DNA of 64,000 nt, taken from contig OX597830.1 in the NCBI GenBank assembly GCA_951406725.2, positions 39,184,001-39,248,000 on the forward strand. The letters are read 5' to 3'. The position numbers and the translations under genes were made by a program. How positions within the stretch are numbered: the stretch's first letter is position 1; each line of letters opens with the position of its first letter. The DNA is from Octopus vulgaris (taxonomy: Eukaryota). This document shows positions 12,178 to 27,290 of this stretch, piece by piece. A model generated the notes under the pieces. It saw only the letters and a list, made by a program, of their open reading frames with translations. It was not told the origin of the DNA and ran no database searches.

Positions 12178-12408
12178 TATTTCTTTACTGCCCACAAGGG
12201 GCTACACACAGAGGGGACAAACAAGGACAGACAAACGGATTAAGTCGATTATATCGACCCCAGTGCGTAACTGGTACTCAATTTATCGACCACGAAAGGA
12301 TGAAAGGCAAAGTCGACCTCGGCGGAATTTGAACTCAGAACGTAACGACAGACGAAATACGGCTACGCATTTCGCCCGGCGTGCTAACGTTTCTGCCAGC
12401 TCGCCGCC
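12178..12408 (-). mobile_element. SINE family 1, complete and apparently young
   Basis: Full-length reverse copy with probable TATACC target-site duplication. Confidence 0.92.
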
Positions 12409-12451
12409 TTATACCATTAGGAATGAGAACCCAGATTCGAAATTTCCCCAA

Positions 12452-12497
12452 GACACCTGAAGACGGCTAGAGGGTATATCAGCCGAAACGTTGTGTT
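12452..12497 (+). ncRNA. Minimal type I hammerhead-like motif
   Basis: GACAC-CTGAAGA-C-GGCT(12 nt)AGCC-GAAA-CGTT-GTGTT; palindromic AACGTT stem III, GUU site, one extra base after A9. Confidence 0.6.
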
Positions 12498-13009
12498 AAC
12501 AACAAACACGATGAGGACAAATATCCGTCAATTGTAAATAATGTAAATAATGAACACAAATGAGTTTGAATGTTTATAATAGGTGAAGATTCCAACTGAA
12601 TAAAAGTATACTGCGTACATATGGAATAGAGCGCATCTTATACAAACTTGCCATCGAATTTTAAAAGGAAAAGAAATGGTAGGCATTCTTGAAACGTGTA
12701 AAGTACTCCAGTAGAAAGTGGGCAAAGTGAAATACGCTACATCATAAGTATACGAGTAAAAACAATGTCACATGTGCATCATTAAAAGCACCATGTATTA
12801 TTTAGCCAGCGTCGGTACCTCTATAAACGACTTGTTGTAAAATACAGCCAAATGTTTTCAATCCACACCCTAGAATTTTAAAAAGGAAGGACATATCTAA
12901 AATATGTGATTTTCCATGGTTTAAATGCTTTTAATCGTAATTATTCAAATCCGGGATTGAATAATTTCGTAAATGAGACCAACAGCAGTTATATACATAC
13001 TGAGGAAAG

Positions 13010-13405
13010 GCGGCGAGCTGACAGAAACGTTAGGGCGCCGAGCGAAATGCTTAGCGGTACTTCGCATGTCGCTACGTTCTGAGTTCAAATTCCGCCGAGG
13101 TCGACTTTGCCTTTCATCCTTTCGGGGTCGATTAAATAAGTACCAGTTACGCACTGGGGTCGATATAATCAACTTAATCCCTTTGTCGGTCCTTGTTTGT
13201 CCTCTCGGTGTTTAGCTCCTTGTGGGTAGTAAAGAAAAAGGTATTTCGTCTGTCTTTAAGTTCTGAGTTCAAATTCCGCCAATGTCGACTTTCCTTTTCA
13301 TCTTTTTGGGTTCGATAATTAAAAACCAGTTGCGTTCTGGGGTCGATCTAATCGACTGGCCCCCTTTCCAGACATTTCGGGCCTTGTGCCTAGAATAGTA
13401 AAAGA
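13010..13405 (+). mobile_element. SINE family 1, full copy plus tandem partial copy
   Basis: Same head and core as 12178-12408. Confidence 0.9.
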
Positions 13406-14407
13406 AGATATACCTACTGAGAAATTCAGTCTGTTTAATAAACTACCTACATTAAAACAATTTCCCCCAGGAGAAATATAATGAGTCAACCCTAATTGCA
13501 AGTAAATGGTTATGAAATCTTTCGTAAACTGGATAAAACCTTACTTTAAGCCATCTAAAATGCTAGTCTATAAAAATAGTAACTAACTGTTATAACAGAA
13601 AAATACACAACGAATTGTTATGTGGTGAGAAGCTTACTTCCCAACCACATGGATTTGGTAGACGAAAATTGAAAGAATCCAAATGAACCGTATAAATGAA
13701 ACGTTCCACGTACTAAATAGGAAATACACAGCGAAGGTCAAGATACCCAAATATCTACAGAATATATATACATAGGTACATTTGCCAATATGCAGTTAAG
13801 TAGTCAGATAGATGGTTAGGTAAATAAATATGAAGGTAAACAGATAGATACATAGGTAGATAGATGAATGCAAATGTAATACGGACAGATAGGCCCACAC
13901 ACACACTCACATAGGTAATACGGACAGAAGCACATACACACACACACACAAGAGATGGAAACACATGACCATGTGTACACACACACTCCACACACACACG
14001 CATACACATACAGATGGCGAGACACATCTATACATAACAGATGTACGTACATAATCACACACACTCATATATATAGACACACTCAAACACGCACACACAA
14101 GGAAACGGGTACACACAAATACACACACAAACACATGAATATGTAGAATACATATATATACATTTATACATACTTACATATGTGCATATGTATGTATGCA
14201 TACATGTATATAAGCACACTCTCACGCACGCAACAGAATCTCAAACAGACAAAAAGAACGGAGCTCCGATAAAGGACAGAGTCGACATTCATTGATAAGG
14301 TTGCAAAAGCGACGAAATTTTTTGGAAGACACAAAAAAATATAATAATAAATGAATGGAAATTGAATCACTGGATGTGTAAGAATGACTCTCTCCAGACA
14401 CAACAAA

Positions 14408-14449
<42 letters not shown>

Positions 14450-14459
14450 TATTTTTTGT

Positions 14460-15060
14460 AAAACTTGGTATTTGCTTAATATTGACCTACATATGTTTCG
14501 ACTACATCGGTCGGTAACTGTCGCAGGTGCAACTTTGCTATAATACTAGTGTAGTTCATTCAGGGTCTTCACAGTAGTCTCCTTTCAGATAGAACAGGTT
14601 AGAGTTATATGATAATTTCGGAATTGTGTTGAATGAAGTGGTGTTGATCGTTAAGTCCGATGCGAACTTTATTTTGAATTCCAAGTACTTTTTGGATAAA
14701 CATTGTTTGTTTCATAGAGTCAGTTACTACATATTATTTCGTTTCACATAATATATTATGGTTGTCTGATTACTTATAACTTTTTTCTCTTATTTAAAGA
14801 TACATGTTTTCATATGCAAGCATCTTAAAGCTTGTTCTCGCCTAGAATTTATTGTATTATATTATATTCTGATGTAAAAATTTAGTAAAGTAACTTCTAT
14901 GCTTAAGTCATATTTATAGGAAACTTATATGGTTAAAGGTTATCTATTTGGAATAAAACAACGGAACATATCTCTGAATTCTTATCTAAGAAGGATTATA
15001 GCAGAATTCATATACTAACTGTTGAAATTAAAATTCTTTTGAAAACACAGCTGTGAGTAA
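14460..15060 (-). mobile_element. Penelope-like 3' relic with a decayed hammerhead at 14484-14567
   Basis: Minus strand GACC-CTGAATGA-ACTACA..TGTAGTC-GAAA-CATATG-TA-GGTC; weak GIY-YIG-like remnants upstream. Confidence 0.4.
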
Positions 15061-15099
15061 AACGGTAAACACTTGGAGAAATCTCTTATAAGTTACCTG

Positions 15100-15473
15100 T
15101 GTGGGGGTGGGGGTGTTTGTGTCTGTGTCTTTGTGTCTGCCTCTGTTGCTCTTACGTTCCACAACCGGTGTTTTTATGTTGACGTCCTCTAAGCCAGCGG
15201 TTAAGGAAAATAGAGCGATAGAACAAATATCAGGCTTTATAAAACATAAGTAGTAGGGGTCGATTTATTCGACTGAAATTCTTCAAGGCGTTGCTCCAGC
15301 ATGGCCACAGTCTAATGTCTGAAATAAGTAACAGATAAAATATATGTGTAGCGGTTCAGGGTTCAGTCCCACAGCGTAGTACCTTGAAGAAGTGTCTTCT
15401 ACTATAGCCTCGGGCTGACCAAAGCCTTGTAAGTGGATTTGATAGACATAAACTGAAAGAAGCCCATTGTGTG

Positions 15474-15506
<33 letters not shown>

Positions 15507-15705
15507 CTGTTTTTGTCTCCCCACCATCGCTTGACAACCGATGGTCGCGTGTCTACGTCACCGTAATATAGCGCTTCGACATTGGAGATCGATAGAATAA
15601 TTACTAAGCTTACAAAGAATAAGTCCTTGGGTCGATTTGTTCGTTTAATGCCGGTGCTCTAGTATGGCCTCAGTCAACTTACTGAAACAAGTAAAAGAAA
15701 AGAAT
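15100..15705 (+). mobile_element. SINE family 2, 3' half followed by a second, 5'-truncated copy
   Basis: Matches 11617-11980 (GGGTTCAGTCCCAC, CTATAGCCTCGGGC, GGTCGATTT.TTCG, GCTCCAGCATGGCC). Confidence 0.85.
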
Positions 15706-15719
15706 ATATGTATGATATA

Positions 15720-15813
<94 letters not shown>

Positions 15814-15816
<3 letters not shown>

Positions 15817-16588
15817 GGGTCATTCCATAAATAATGCCATTTTTCAATTGCATGAACTTAAAGTTGGAAGGAGCCGGGATAAACTATCTGCTTCAACTTG
15901 CTATAAAAGCAGGTTGTAACTTTACCTTGTCCTTATACTTAGAAGTTTTGAAGGGTGCAGTTCGATTTTAACACCTATTTTGTCTTTTTTTGGAAGCTAT
16001 AATGGAAGTGACAAAGGAGAATGTTTGGCATATTTTGCTTTATGAGTTCAATAAAGGCAACAAGGCAACCGAAAGTGCGAGGAATATTAATGTAGTGTAT
16101 GATATGGGGATTGGACAATACGTGTAAGTCAAAATCAACGGCGGTTCCAGAAATTCCGAGCCGGAAACTACAACCTAAAAATGTCAAAAGCCGAAGGCAG
16201 TGGGTAGGGTGAGGAGAAACGCCGGCACCCCAGGCTAAAGAAGGTCTTCACCGACGTAAGGTGTTGTTATCTATTTGATGGAATATGAAATGTTTAGCCC
16301 ACTTTGAACTGTTAAACCCAAACCAAACGATAACACAAGTGATCTACTGCGAGCAGCTTGAGCAGAAAAAATATGAACTCTGAAGAAGAGGTCAGAAGGG
16401 TACTGGAGAAGTCTTTTTCGTCACAGACAAGTGAATTTCGGATTAGGGGCCTTGCAAGTCTACCAGATAGATGGAAGAGCATTGCAGAATCATGATGAAG
16501 GAGTGTATATTTTAGATTAACAAAAGAGTTTATCTTAATTTTGAAAATTCAGAGTATAAAAATCCGCATTATTTATGGGATTACCCAA
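15814..16588 (+). mobile_element. Tc1/mariner transposon, internally deleted
   Basis: TIRs GGGTCATTCCATAAATAATGC / GCATTATTTATGGGATTACCCAA-TA; MEVTKENVWHILLYEFNKGNKATESARNINVVY from 16002 (mariner HTH); later FELLNPNQTITQVIYCEQLE. Confidence 0.9.
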
Positions 16589-16609
16589 TATATATATATA
16601 AAACTTAGA

Positions 16610-17040
16610 TATGTTTCGACCAAAGATTGGTCCAGGCCATGTCTAACTTAATAGCACCACCTGATAGGATTATCTAAATCCTTTTTTTCCTTTTTAAGTC
16701 AAGTTTTGTCAATGGTTCATTCAAGTAGTGAGTCCTTGTTGAGTGAGTTGTAGCCAGGTATGGGTGGCTTATCTGGTATTCCTTGAAGAAATCTGTCCAG
16801 ACTCCGTTTAAAGGTGATGGGATCCTTTTCCTGATTAATCAGTTTAAGGACAATGGTAAATAGTGCAGGGACTGTTGAGGAAAAGATATTATGTTGCAGT
16901 GTACCTATATGTTGTGATCTTGAATTGGGCAGGGGATGTATGGGCCGTGGCCCCAGCCTTGGATGAACCTTGAAACTAATGTTCATGTCATTTGGGCACA
17001 TCGTACATTTGCTCCACATCGTACAAATGATGTACCGCTG
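16610..17040 (-). mobile_element. LINE 3' end (CR1-group-like ORF2 C-terminus)
   Basis: PALF..FKRSLDRFLQGIPDKPPIPGY..NKDSLL in ORF 16717-17067. Confidence 0.75.
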
Positions 17041-17684
17041 TATATATATGTGTATATATATACGCACACTATGCGTACATTCGCGTGCGTGGGCTGTGTG
17101 TCAGTGTGCATGTTAAATGTTTGCGCTAATTGAGTCTACAGCCATTATGTAGCAGTTCGATTATAGAAGTGAAAGGCCTTAAGCAAGGATTTCGTCTCAC
17201 ATTGTTTCAATATAGTCAGCTGAAACTAAATTCGGTGGTCTCACGTTTCAGATATGCAGCCGACTGGCGTTCTGATCATGTAAAGGGTTTATTTCGCTTG
17301 TATTCCGGACCAAACCGGCTGAACTTTCTTCACCATCCAGTTTTCTCATTTTTCTTCTTTTCGTCAATTCTTTTTTTTTCTGTTTTTTTTTTCTTGTAAA
17401 CATACTCACGTATGGACAAGTTCTTATGAACATTCATATGAAATTAACACGTACTGATAGAAAAAATGCTCGTTGTAGATCAACTTTAGGTTATATTACT
17501 CTTATACCCCCACAAAAAATAAAATCAAACAAAATTTGAAAGTATAGGTACTCGGTATATTTAAATACATCTTAATTTGTTTAAAGGTGAATGCTTGCCA
17601 TGACTCGAAAAGGTTTGAACGACCAGTGTACATCTTCAATAACCTGTTACAAAATTTCCTACCGTCGGACATAAATGCAGTGTA

Positions 17685-17757
17685 TGATATGGTGAAAAAT
17701 GTTTAGTCCACTTTGAACTGTTAAACCCAAACCAAACGTTAACACAGGAGATCTACT
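17685..17757 (+). mobile_element. Short internal mariner fragment
   Basis: Near-identical to 16285-16348 (CCACTTTGAACTGTTAAACCCAAACCAAACG). Confidence 0.8.
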
Positions 17758-18444
17758 TAAATAGGGAATTTGTGTGGCTGTTTTTGGCTATTGTATATTT
17801 CAAATCTATTAATCATCATTATTTCTCACTGAATACCGTGACTTTGGGATGGGGTTACAAATTCATTCCCCCTTAAAGTATAAGTGGTGCAAGAAAATTC
17901 GATTGGTTCTCTCAGATGTAGTCTCCTGCTTGATACAGTCGTTTGATACTGGCACTTCAGTATTAGAGCGGAATATGAATTTATATACTCCAAAAGGATG
18001 AAATACGAATTTCATTCTCGTGATATTCGAACGCAGGACGTAAATTCTCGGAAATAGATAGTGCAAGCACGATGTTTTAACCATTTGGTATACGCACCAG
18101 CTTTAAATGATATATCTACAGGTATTGATATATAGCTGCGTTTGAGATTGAGATGGTTGTTGTTTTCCTTTCTTGCATTAACAATGATACAGAGAGGCGT
18201 TTGATGTGATATAGGAGAAATGATAAACTTAGTAAAATATAACTGTTGCGTCTGCTAATATATACAGGATGAATTATGATACTATATATATATATAAGCT
18301 AAAATGTATATTCTATGATTCAGTTGCGAAAGTATTTCCATAAATTTGAATAGTTTGCTGAATAGCCAGCCGCAATAAATATTTTGATGTGTTGCTAGTT
18401 CAGCAGCAAGACGAGAGCAATACTGTAAATAGATTAGCCCTTTG

Positions 18445-19200
18445 TTCAATATAGACTTGTTTTAAGACATATTATAATTGGTGGAAGTAGAAAGAGAAAA
18501 GATGCCCACAAAATAAAAAGTAATCCATCAAATATTACTTTTTTAGCTTTAATATTAACATATTACTCTCAAAAGTGTAAGAGGGTAATATATCATATCG
18601 TTTGCGATAAACAGCAAATAAATTAAACTGAAAGGTTAACAATAAATTTCAATTGCAATATAACTTATCCACAGAAAACAGAATTGTATGTGCGTTATCC
18701 AAATCGTTCTCAAATACTGGGGAAAATACTGAAGTAAATGCTAATGGATTTTGGTTTGGTCTCTCGTTTCGTAATAGACAGTAATTGTAAAATAATAGAA
18801 ACTATTTTATTTGTGATAAACATAAAGTTTGGTATTAATAAAATTATTGCTTTAGTACATTAAAATGCAACATTTCCATGAAGTCAGATGTCTGTAAGAC
18901 TTCAATAATCGGTAAATAGATAATATATCATTTCGTTATGCAATGAGTATGGAACTGTTTCGTGCACAAAACTGTTGTATCTACAAAACCAAAACAAGCA
19001 TGAACGACGTATTGTTAATATTATTGTTATTAAACATTATGATGATAGAGAAGACTGTGTGTCTAGCATAACAGGATGGAGACAGAATCATTAATGATGT
19101 ATAGCGATTACATTTTGATATATTGCCTCTTGATTGTGATTATTTCAGCCAATGTTTTACAATAAATCGACGACACGGTTATCTGTTTTAGTATTGTTAT
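18445..19200 (-). pseudogene. Decayed Cys-loop receptor-like gene, transmembrane half
   Basis: IITIKRQ..SLYIIN..ILL (pre-M1/M1), DTTVLC, FMFIT..IVSIILQLLSI..R.TKP (M3), FPQYLRTIW, then an open TM4-like stretch KVIFDGLLFILWASFLFLLPPIIICL. Confidence 0.5.
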
Positions 19201-19789
19201 CACATATTATATATATATGTATGTGTCTGTGGATAGTATTGGTATCCTATACGCATATATAAAAATATATGTCAGTATATGTATTAATGTGTCTTTATAT
19301 GTGTGTGTATGCGAGTATGTGTGTACTAAAATGTGTATATATGTATATACATATATCTACATATATTTATACATACATTTCGAAACACGGAGCAGTCGAA
19401 GCAGGGGCAGCTGAAGAAGGGGAACATTCCTTGCGTTGTATGTCTTGTACTCTGTTTTTTCGTTGTTTGAAAAAAGTCCGTTTCCATGCTTTTGTTTTTA
19501 TGTTTTCGTTTCTCATTCTGTTCTATGTTTTTTGGTGTCCTGAACACCTATATATGCATGTATATATACATATAGATGTAGGTATGTACATATATGTATG
19601 TATATATGCATATATTTTATTTATTATTTTGTTATCATATTATATATATATGTATATTAGAGGATATCTTACCCTCCTGAAGGGATGGTTGCATCCAAGG
19701 ATATACTGGTTCAATACCTAGTATTTTGCGAGAATGAAATTCCCTTCAAACAATAGGTATATATAAAGCATATATTTTATATCCATTTT

Positions 19790-21700
<1,911 letters not shown>

Positions 21701-22046
21701 TTTCTATTTCTTTAAGAAATACTGTTTAATTCTATTTGATTATTTATTAAAAATAAGTATTTATTTAACTGTTATTGTTATTATTGTTGACCTGGGGAGT
21801 GACTATACTTTTAAATTGAATTGTTTTTTAATCAAATTTAAATTCAATTGTAAAACGAATTGAAGTTATAGCCACGAAATGTAAATAGCTTTTTTACTTA
21901 TATGAAAATTTATCCATTTTTTGTAATTTGTGATCTAAATATATGTTTTATAATATATTTTATTTTTTCTATATGATACAGTCTATCATTGTATGAATTA
22001 TATAATAGTGGGTTTTTTCTAATTTATATATCTGTATGTATGTATA

Positions 22047-22096
<50 letters not shown>

Positions 22097-22742
22097 CATA
22101 CATGTATATACACGGGTATATATATATTTATATATGCATACATATACACACAAATATATGTATAATATATATGTATGTTTATACATGTATATATATATGC
22201 ATAAATGTATGTACTTATGTATATATATATATTCATATACATGTACAGTTATTTGTGTGTATGTGTCTGTGTAAGTGTGTAACACCTTAATAGCTGCATT
22301 ATTTTCGTACCCCCGTTGTCTTTCCATGAGGTTTCTTCAATGCCAGCGATGGAGACACACTAGTAATTATTTTACGTCATGTCACATTCATACTTATTTT
22401 AAAATGTTATTTGTTGCTAGCATTTTTAATTCAGCACAACTCATACAATTGTTCTGTTCTACTATCTAGTTTGTGAAATAATGTTTCAGTGAAAGCCAGT
22501 TGCTTCTGACACTTAATTGTTGCATAATAATTGCTAGTAGAACCACTATTGTACAGCTTAATGTTTTTGTTAAACAATGTCCGGAACATATGTTATTCAA
22601 GCCATTTCCAGTATCACGTCATACGGAGAATGGTGAAAATCGAATTTGTCGGCTAGCTATTTTTTTTTACATGTAGATAGAAGTGAAACCAGAGTTCGTT
22701 ATATTTTATAGACGGCATCTTCAAATTCCAAATCTGACCCAG

Positions 22743-23400
22743 TACGAAGTGGTATCAAATGGTTTCCAGACTACATAAGTTTAATAAAAAGTAATTTATT
22801 TACTCAAGTTTTTAACATCAAGTCCTTCGAAATTGTCACCTTGCGCAGCAATACATCATTTCAGTGTTCCTGCCACTTTTGGAATCCGGCCTGCAAGCTG
22901 TCTTCTTTTTGCAAGTATAGGACTTTCTGCGATCAGGCCTTCTCGATAACGGTGTAAAGACAGCGACCTTTGAGCTGCATTTTCATCTTGGAGAATAGAA
23001 GGGAGTCTGCAAGTGCTGAATCTGGCGCACAGGGCGGCTGCGAAGTGATACCATGTCGTTTTTTGCGAGAAACCCACAAGTGAAGGGAGATCGGTGAAGA
23101 ATCCAATTGTTCACGCTCCAAAGATTCGGTTGCTTTTGCCGAATGTCCTCTCTCAAAGGTTTCACAACGTCGCAGTAGAACTCTCGATTGACGATCTGGC
23201 CCTGAGGCATGAATTCTCGATACACAATGCTATATTTCCATGGCTAACGCTCGCGGCAGGTGTTTCCAGCTCGCCCATCGTCTTTCAGAGGCATTCTCCC
23301 GCTTTTGAAGCGCCAGTGCCCCTCGAAACATTGCGTACGACCCATTGCCTGGGAAGTACTGGGTCATTTTTCTATACTCTAGTACAGTCCAAGTGCAATG
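22743..23400 (-). mobile_element. Mariner transposon fragment
   Basis: Terminus TA-CGAAGTGGTATCAAATGGTTTCCAGACT; transposase YREFMPQGQIVNREFYCDVVKPLREDIRQKQPNLW..WILH and PPCAPDSALADSLLFSKMKMQLKG (YSPDL region), frameshifted. Confidence 0.9.
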
Positions 23401-23424
23401 ACTAGAACAAGTAAATGAAAGTAG

Positions 23425-23445
23425 CATATGTGCGTGTGTGTATGT

Positions 23446-23478
<33 letters not shown>

Positions 23479-23573
23479 GATAGATAGATAGATACATACA
23501 TACATACATACATACATACATACATACATACATACATACATACATACATACATACATAGACAGACAGACAGAC

Positions 23574-23637
<64 letters not shown>

Positions 23638-23751
23638 TGATTGATTGATAGATACTGTATGTCTAGGGGTTGTCTTTGTATTTATGTGCGAGAGTATGCT
23701 TGTAATGTGTACGTATGTGTATGCGTGTGTGTGTGTGTGTTTGTGTGTGTA

Positions 23752-23790
<39 letters not shown>
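23425..23790. repeat. (TA)/(TACA)/(TAGA)/(TG) compound microsatellites
   Basis: Direct reading. Confidence 0.95.
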
Positions 23791-24745
23791 TAGAGACAAT
23801 TTTTTCTTCTTATTTAAGAAATTCTTTCGTGTCTTCTTTATCAATAGAGGTGAGATAATTTTGATAGATGTAAGTCATTGCAAACGTTACGCGATACTGA
23901 TTCCTTTCACCTCAATACACTGCCTAATTTAAATATAAATATCACCAAAATCTATTTTGATATTCCCTATACGTTTAATAAAATGCGCTTTACAATTTAC
24001 AGATACGTAGATTACGAAGTGAATTGTGAAGCTTTAGCCACAGAAATAACGCAGCACTATTAGTGACGTACGAGCTATTACTGAGAGAAATAATACTGCT
24101 GTCTTTCAATTTCTCTTTCACTATCTGAGCTTATTTAAGATGTCATCGTTATTATGTCGAAACGTGCACTGGCTTTTGATGGATGAACTTTGACTTAGGC
24201 AATTTAGAAAACCTACACGTTGCAATATTCCTTTCAATGCATTTTTCTTCATTGTACCCAATTATTTCCACTACCATTCTATGCAGATATTCAGAATACT
24301 TCTTGTTAGATGTGCTAGTTATTCAACAGTTATTTTATGCTATGAACTTATTTAAAAATATATACGTAAATTTTCTATACATTAAACATCTGATCATTTT
24401 GTCTTAAAAATTTTTACAAATAGTTTTTTTTTTTTTCTACATTATTTCGATTTTTGTTTGCACTCACCCTGTGGTGATTATTGGCTATATTCAAGAGATT
24501 TATATGCTGTACTAAGAAGATTATTTGACAATTGCAGAATATTTACTTTTCTCCAACAGTTACTGCAACCCCAATTAATATATATCGAAGAGAAATCTTC
24601 AACGTGGTCCTTCGTTCTTTTAGAAATATCCGATAAATTTCCTACAAATCACATCCTACGTTTTTCTAATAATGAAAACATTCGACAGAAAATATGCTCC
24701 TATAAATTTATTTAAAACAGAACTGTTTTTTAAAAATTTGTTTTA

Positions 24746-25109
24746 TCTCTCTATATATAAACGGCAGTTTGTCTGTGCGTGTTTCTGTGTGTCTGTTTTC
24801 TTGTACCCTCACCCTGACCACGGCTTTCAACCGATTCTGATGAAACTTAACACACACATAGCCCAATGTCATAATTCAAAACTAACGCAGCGAAAATTTT
24901 GAAAAGTTCCCCCAGTTCTGAAAAAAATCGATAAATTCGACATGGGGTCGACAATCAGAAACACAAACCGCAACTCCACCTTTTTTAACTAAAAAAAAAT
25001 TTACCATCATTTTCTTCCATTTTTTTGCTATTTTTTGGCTATAACTCTCTAAAAATGCTTTATAGTTATTTCCCTTACAAACCTGAGCAACGCCGGGCGA
25101 TACTGCTAG
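24746..25109 (+). mobile_element. Short non-autonomous Helitron
   Basis: Inserted between A and T; 5' TC(TCTC)TATATATAAA; 3' GC-rich hairpin CCTGAGCAACGCCGGG followed by CTAG; no TSD. Confidence 0.8.
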
Positions 25110-25449
25110 TATTCTCCTAATCATAGTCAAACTGGAGAAAAACAGCAGTTATCAATGTATATTACTGGCAAATTAGGCTTAATGCTTTAAATTTAATTAA
25201 TTTTCATGGTATTTTATGTTTGTGCGTGCATCTTATAAAGGCCATTAAGGTTTATAAATTGTATTAATATGATCATTTGAGAATTTCGAAACATTGGTTT
25301 GCAGAAAAGTTAACGTCTTTCTACGTAACTTAAGGTAAATTTATCTGTGTAGTTTGAAAAATAAAGTATTAAATTCAAGATTTCGTTTTTATTAAAAATA
25401 TTTAGAAACATGTGTCATTGAGCTTTGTTTGCTTATTTTTTTAAATCGC

Positions 25450-25760
25450 CCTTTTCAAGCCTAGCCAGGCTCATGGGTCCGGTTTCCCGGTTTCTATGGC
25501 ATATGTGTTCTCTCCCGCAAGCTGGACGGGACGCTAGTCCATCGCAGCGTTACTCAAGAAACAGGGAGAAAGAGTGAGAGAAAGTTGTGGCGAAAGAATA
25601 CAACAGGGGTCACCACCACCCCCTGCCGGAGCCCCGTGGAGCTTAGATGTTTTCGCTCAATAAACACACACAACGCCCGGTCTGTGAATCGTAACCGCGA
25701 TCCTCCGACCGTGAGACCGCTGCCCTAACCCTAACTACTGGGCCATTACGCTTCCACGCT
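25450..25760 (-). mobile_element. tRNA-derived SINE (family 3-like head)
   Basis: Reverse strand GCGTAATGGCCCAGTAGTTAGGG..GCGGTTACGATTC.CAGACCGGGCGTTGTGTGTGTTTATTGAGCGAAAAC. Confidence 0.75.
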
Positions 25761-25957
25761 TATTTATTTCCAATGCAAAGAGTTTACCACTATAGATGCT
25801 GTTGCAACAAGTCGAACTTATACTTTTTGTTTCATTAGTTGCAAACGACCACAGAAGAAACAAATTGCAGATAAATTCAACCACCGCATTTCAAAACTTG
25901 CTTTGACCAGTAGGAGATATATAATCTTCATATGTACAATGTTGATATTCTATTATT

Positions 25958-26270
25958 CCATTACTTGTTTCAGTTATTTGACTGCGGCCATGCTGGAGCA
26001 CCGGCTTTAGTCGAACAAATCGATCCCAGGACTTATTCTTTGTAGCTCACTTCTTATTCTATTGGTTCCTAGTTACCGCACCGCAAAGTAACGGGGACTT
26101 AAACATAGCAATATCGGTTGTCAAGCGATGGTGGAGAGACAAACAAAGACACATAAACACACACAGGCACACACATACGCACGCGTACACACATACACAC
26201 ACACACATACACGCACACATATATATGTGTGTTTGTGAAAGTTTTGTATCTCTGCCGTAAGGCTTCATTT
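25958..26270 (-). mobile_element. SINE family 2, 3' half
   Basis: Reverse complement of the family 2 tail. Confidence 0.85.
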
Positions 26271-26329
26271 CTATATACGCCAGCTGAATTCAATTCGACC
26301 CCAGTCGATAGACACCTGTTCTTATGTCC

Positions 26330-26383
<54 letters not shown>

Positions 26384-26387
26384 CATT

Positions 26388-27290
26388 TAGTAGTTTTATT
26401 TTTATAACGTGCTTTCACGTCACTACTGAGCGCAGCTCTGTGTGCCTTGGGTATGTGCTGTGATTTGTTGTGATGCTCTGATGGTTACTGTATGGAAGGT
26501 GTTCTGCGTAGGATGTGTGCAGTGCCTAGTAGTGCAATTTTCTGTATGTTATATGTGTTTGTAAGTCCTGATGTTTCCGTTATGTCTTTGTCTGAATATT
26601 TTTTATCCTGCCTAATGCACCTACTATGATAGGAATTGTTTCTGTTTTAGATTCCACATTCTAGTTACCTCTATTTCCAAGTCTTTGTATTTTGAAAGTT
26701 TCTCCATTTCTTTTAGAGACACGTTGTCATCTGCTAGTATTGATACATCAATTAGAAAGCATTCTTTTCCTCATGATCTCTGACAACTATATCTGGTCAG
26801 TTGGCCTTAATTTCTCTATCTGTGTGTATTGGCATATCCCAGATTATAGTTGCTTTCTCGTTTATTGTGACCTTTTCTGGTGTGTACCTATACCATCTTT
26901 TTTCTGTTGTTATTCCATAATGTTGGCATAGCTTCCAGTGTATGTAGGTCCCAACTCTGTCGTGTCTGTGAATATATTCCTTCTTAGCCAGGACTGGGCA
27001 GCCAGAGATAATATGATTTATTGTTTCTTGTCCATCTCCACATATTCTGCAGTTACTTGTTAAATTTCTTTTCATTACATGTTTTTGGTAATTTCTGGTG
27101 GGGAGGCTTTGGTCTTGTGCTTCAATTAAAAATCCCTCTGTCTCTGATTTGAGTCCTGAGTTTCTCAACCATTGCTGGGATTGTTCTTTGCTTATTTCTT
27201 TTGCATTTGGTTTAGTCCAGTATTTGCCATGAAGGGGCTTTACTTGCCATCGTTTTATCATGGTTCGTTGCTGTTCTAGTTTTAGTTTGT
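26388..27290 (-). mobile_element. R4/Dong-clade LINE (RLE type), 3' region
   Basis: WQVKPLHGKY, ETEGFLIEAQDQ, CCHC finger CRICG..ETINHIISGC, RHD, WDMPIHTDREIKAN*PDIVV endonuclease; 3' end abuts (TAA)n. Confidence 0.95.

Larger units (their letters stand above)
12093..12556. mobile_element. Palindromic Penelope-type repeat with a nested SINE
   Basis: 12093-12178 is the reverse complement of ~12473-12556; hammerhead motif at 12452-12497. Confidence 0.7.
22400..25270 (+). pseudogene. Decayed chemotactile receptor/nAChR-like gene split by mariner, microsatellites and a Helitron
   Basis: 5' part PFPVSRHTE/MVKIEF, LHVDRSE; in-register Cys-loop CKRYAILIPFTSIHC (23879-23923, PF at positions 9-10); same frame K-TGA 33 codons after the second Cys, where KW/EW is expected; VAIFLSM..PIIST (M2-like); after the Helitron YWQIRLNALNL/IFMVFYVCACIL (M4-like). 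Confidence 0.65.

Noticed and set aside
12330-12408. tRNA genes at A/B-box-containing heads (also 11617, 13010, 32460)
   Set aside because: These are SINE heads joined to SINE bodies, not complete cloverleafs.
12528-12760. Minus-strand ISFPFKIRWQVC, Cys-loop-like
   Set aside because: First Cys absent, spacing off and no supporting flanking motifs; too weak to call.
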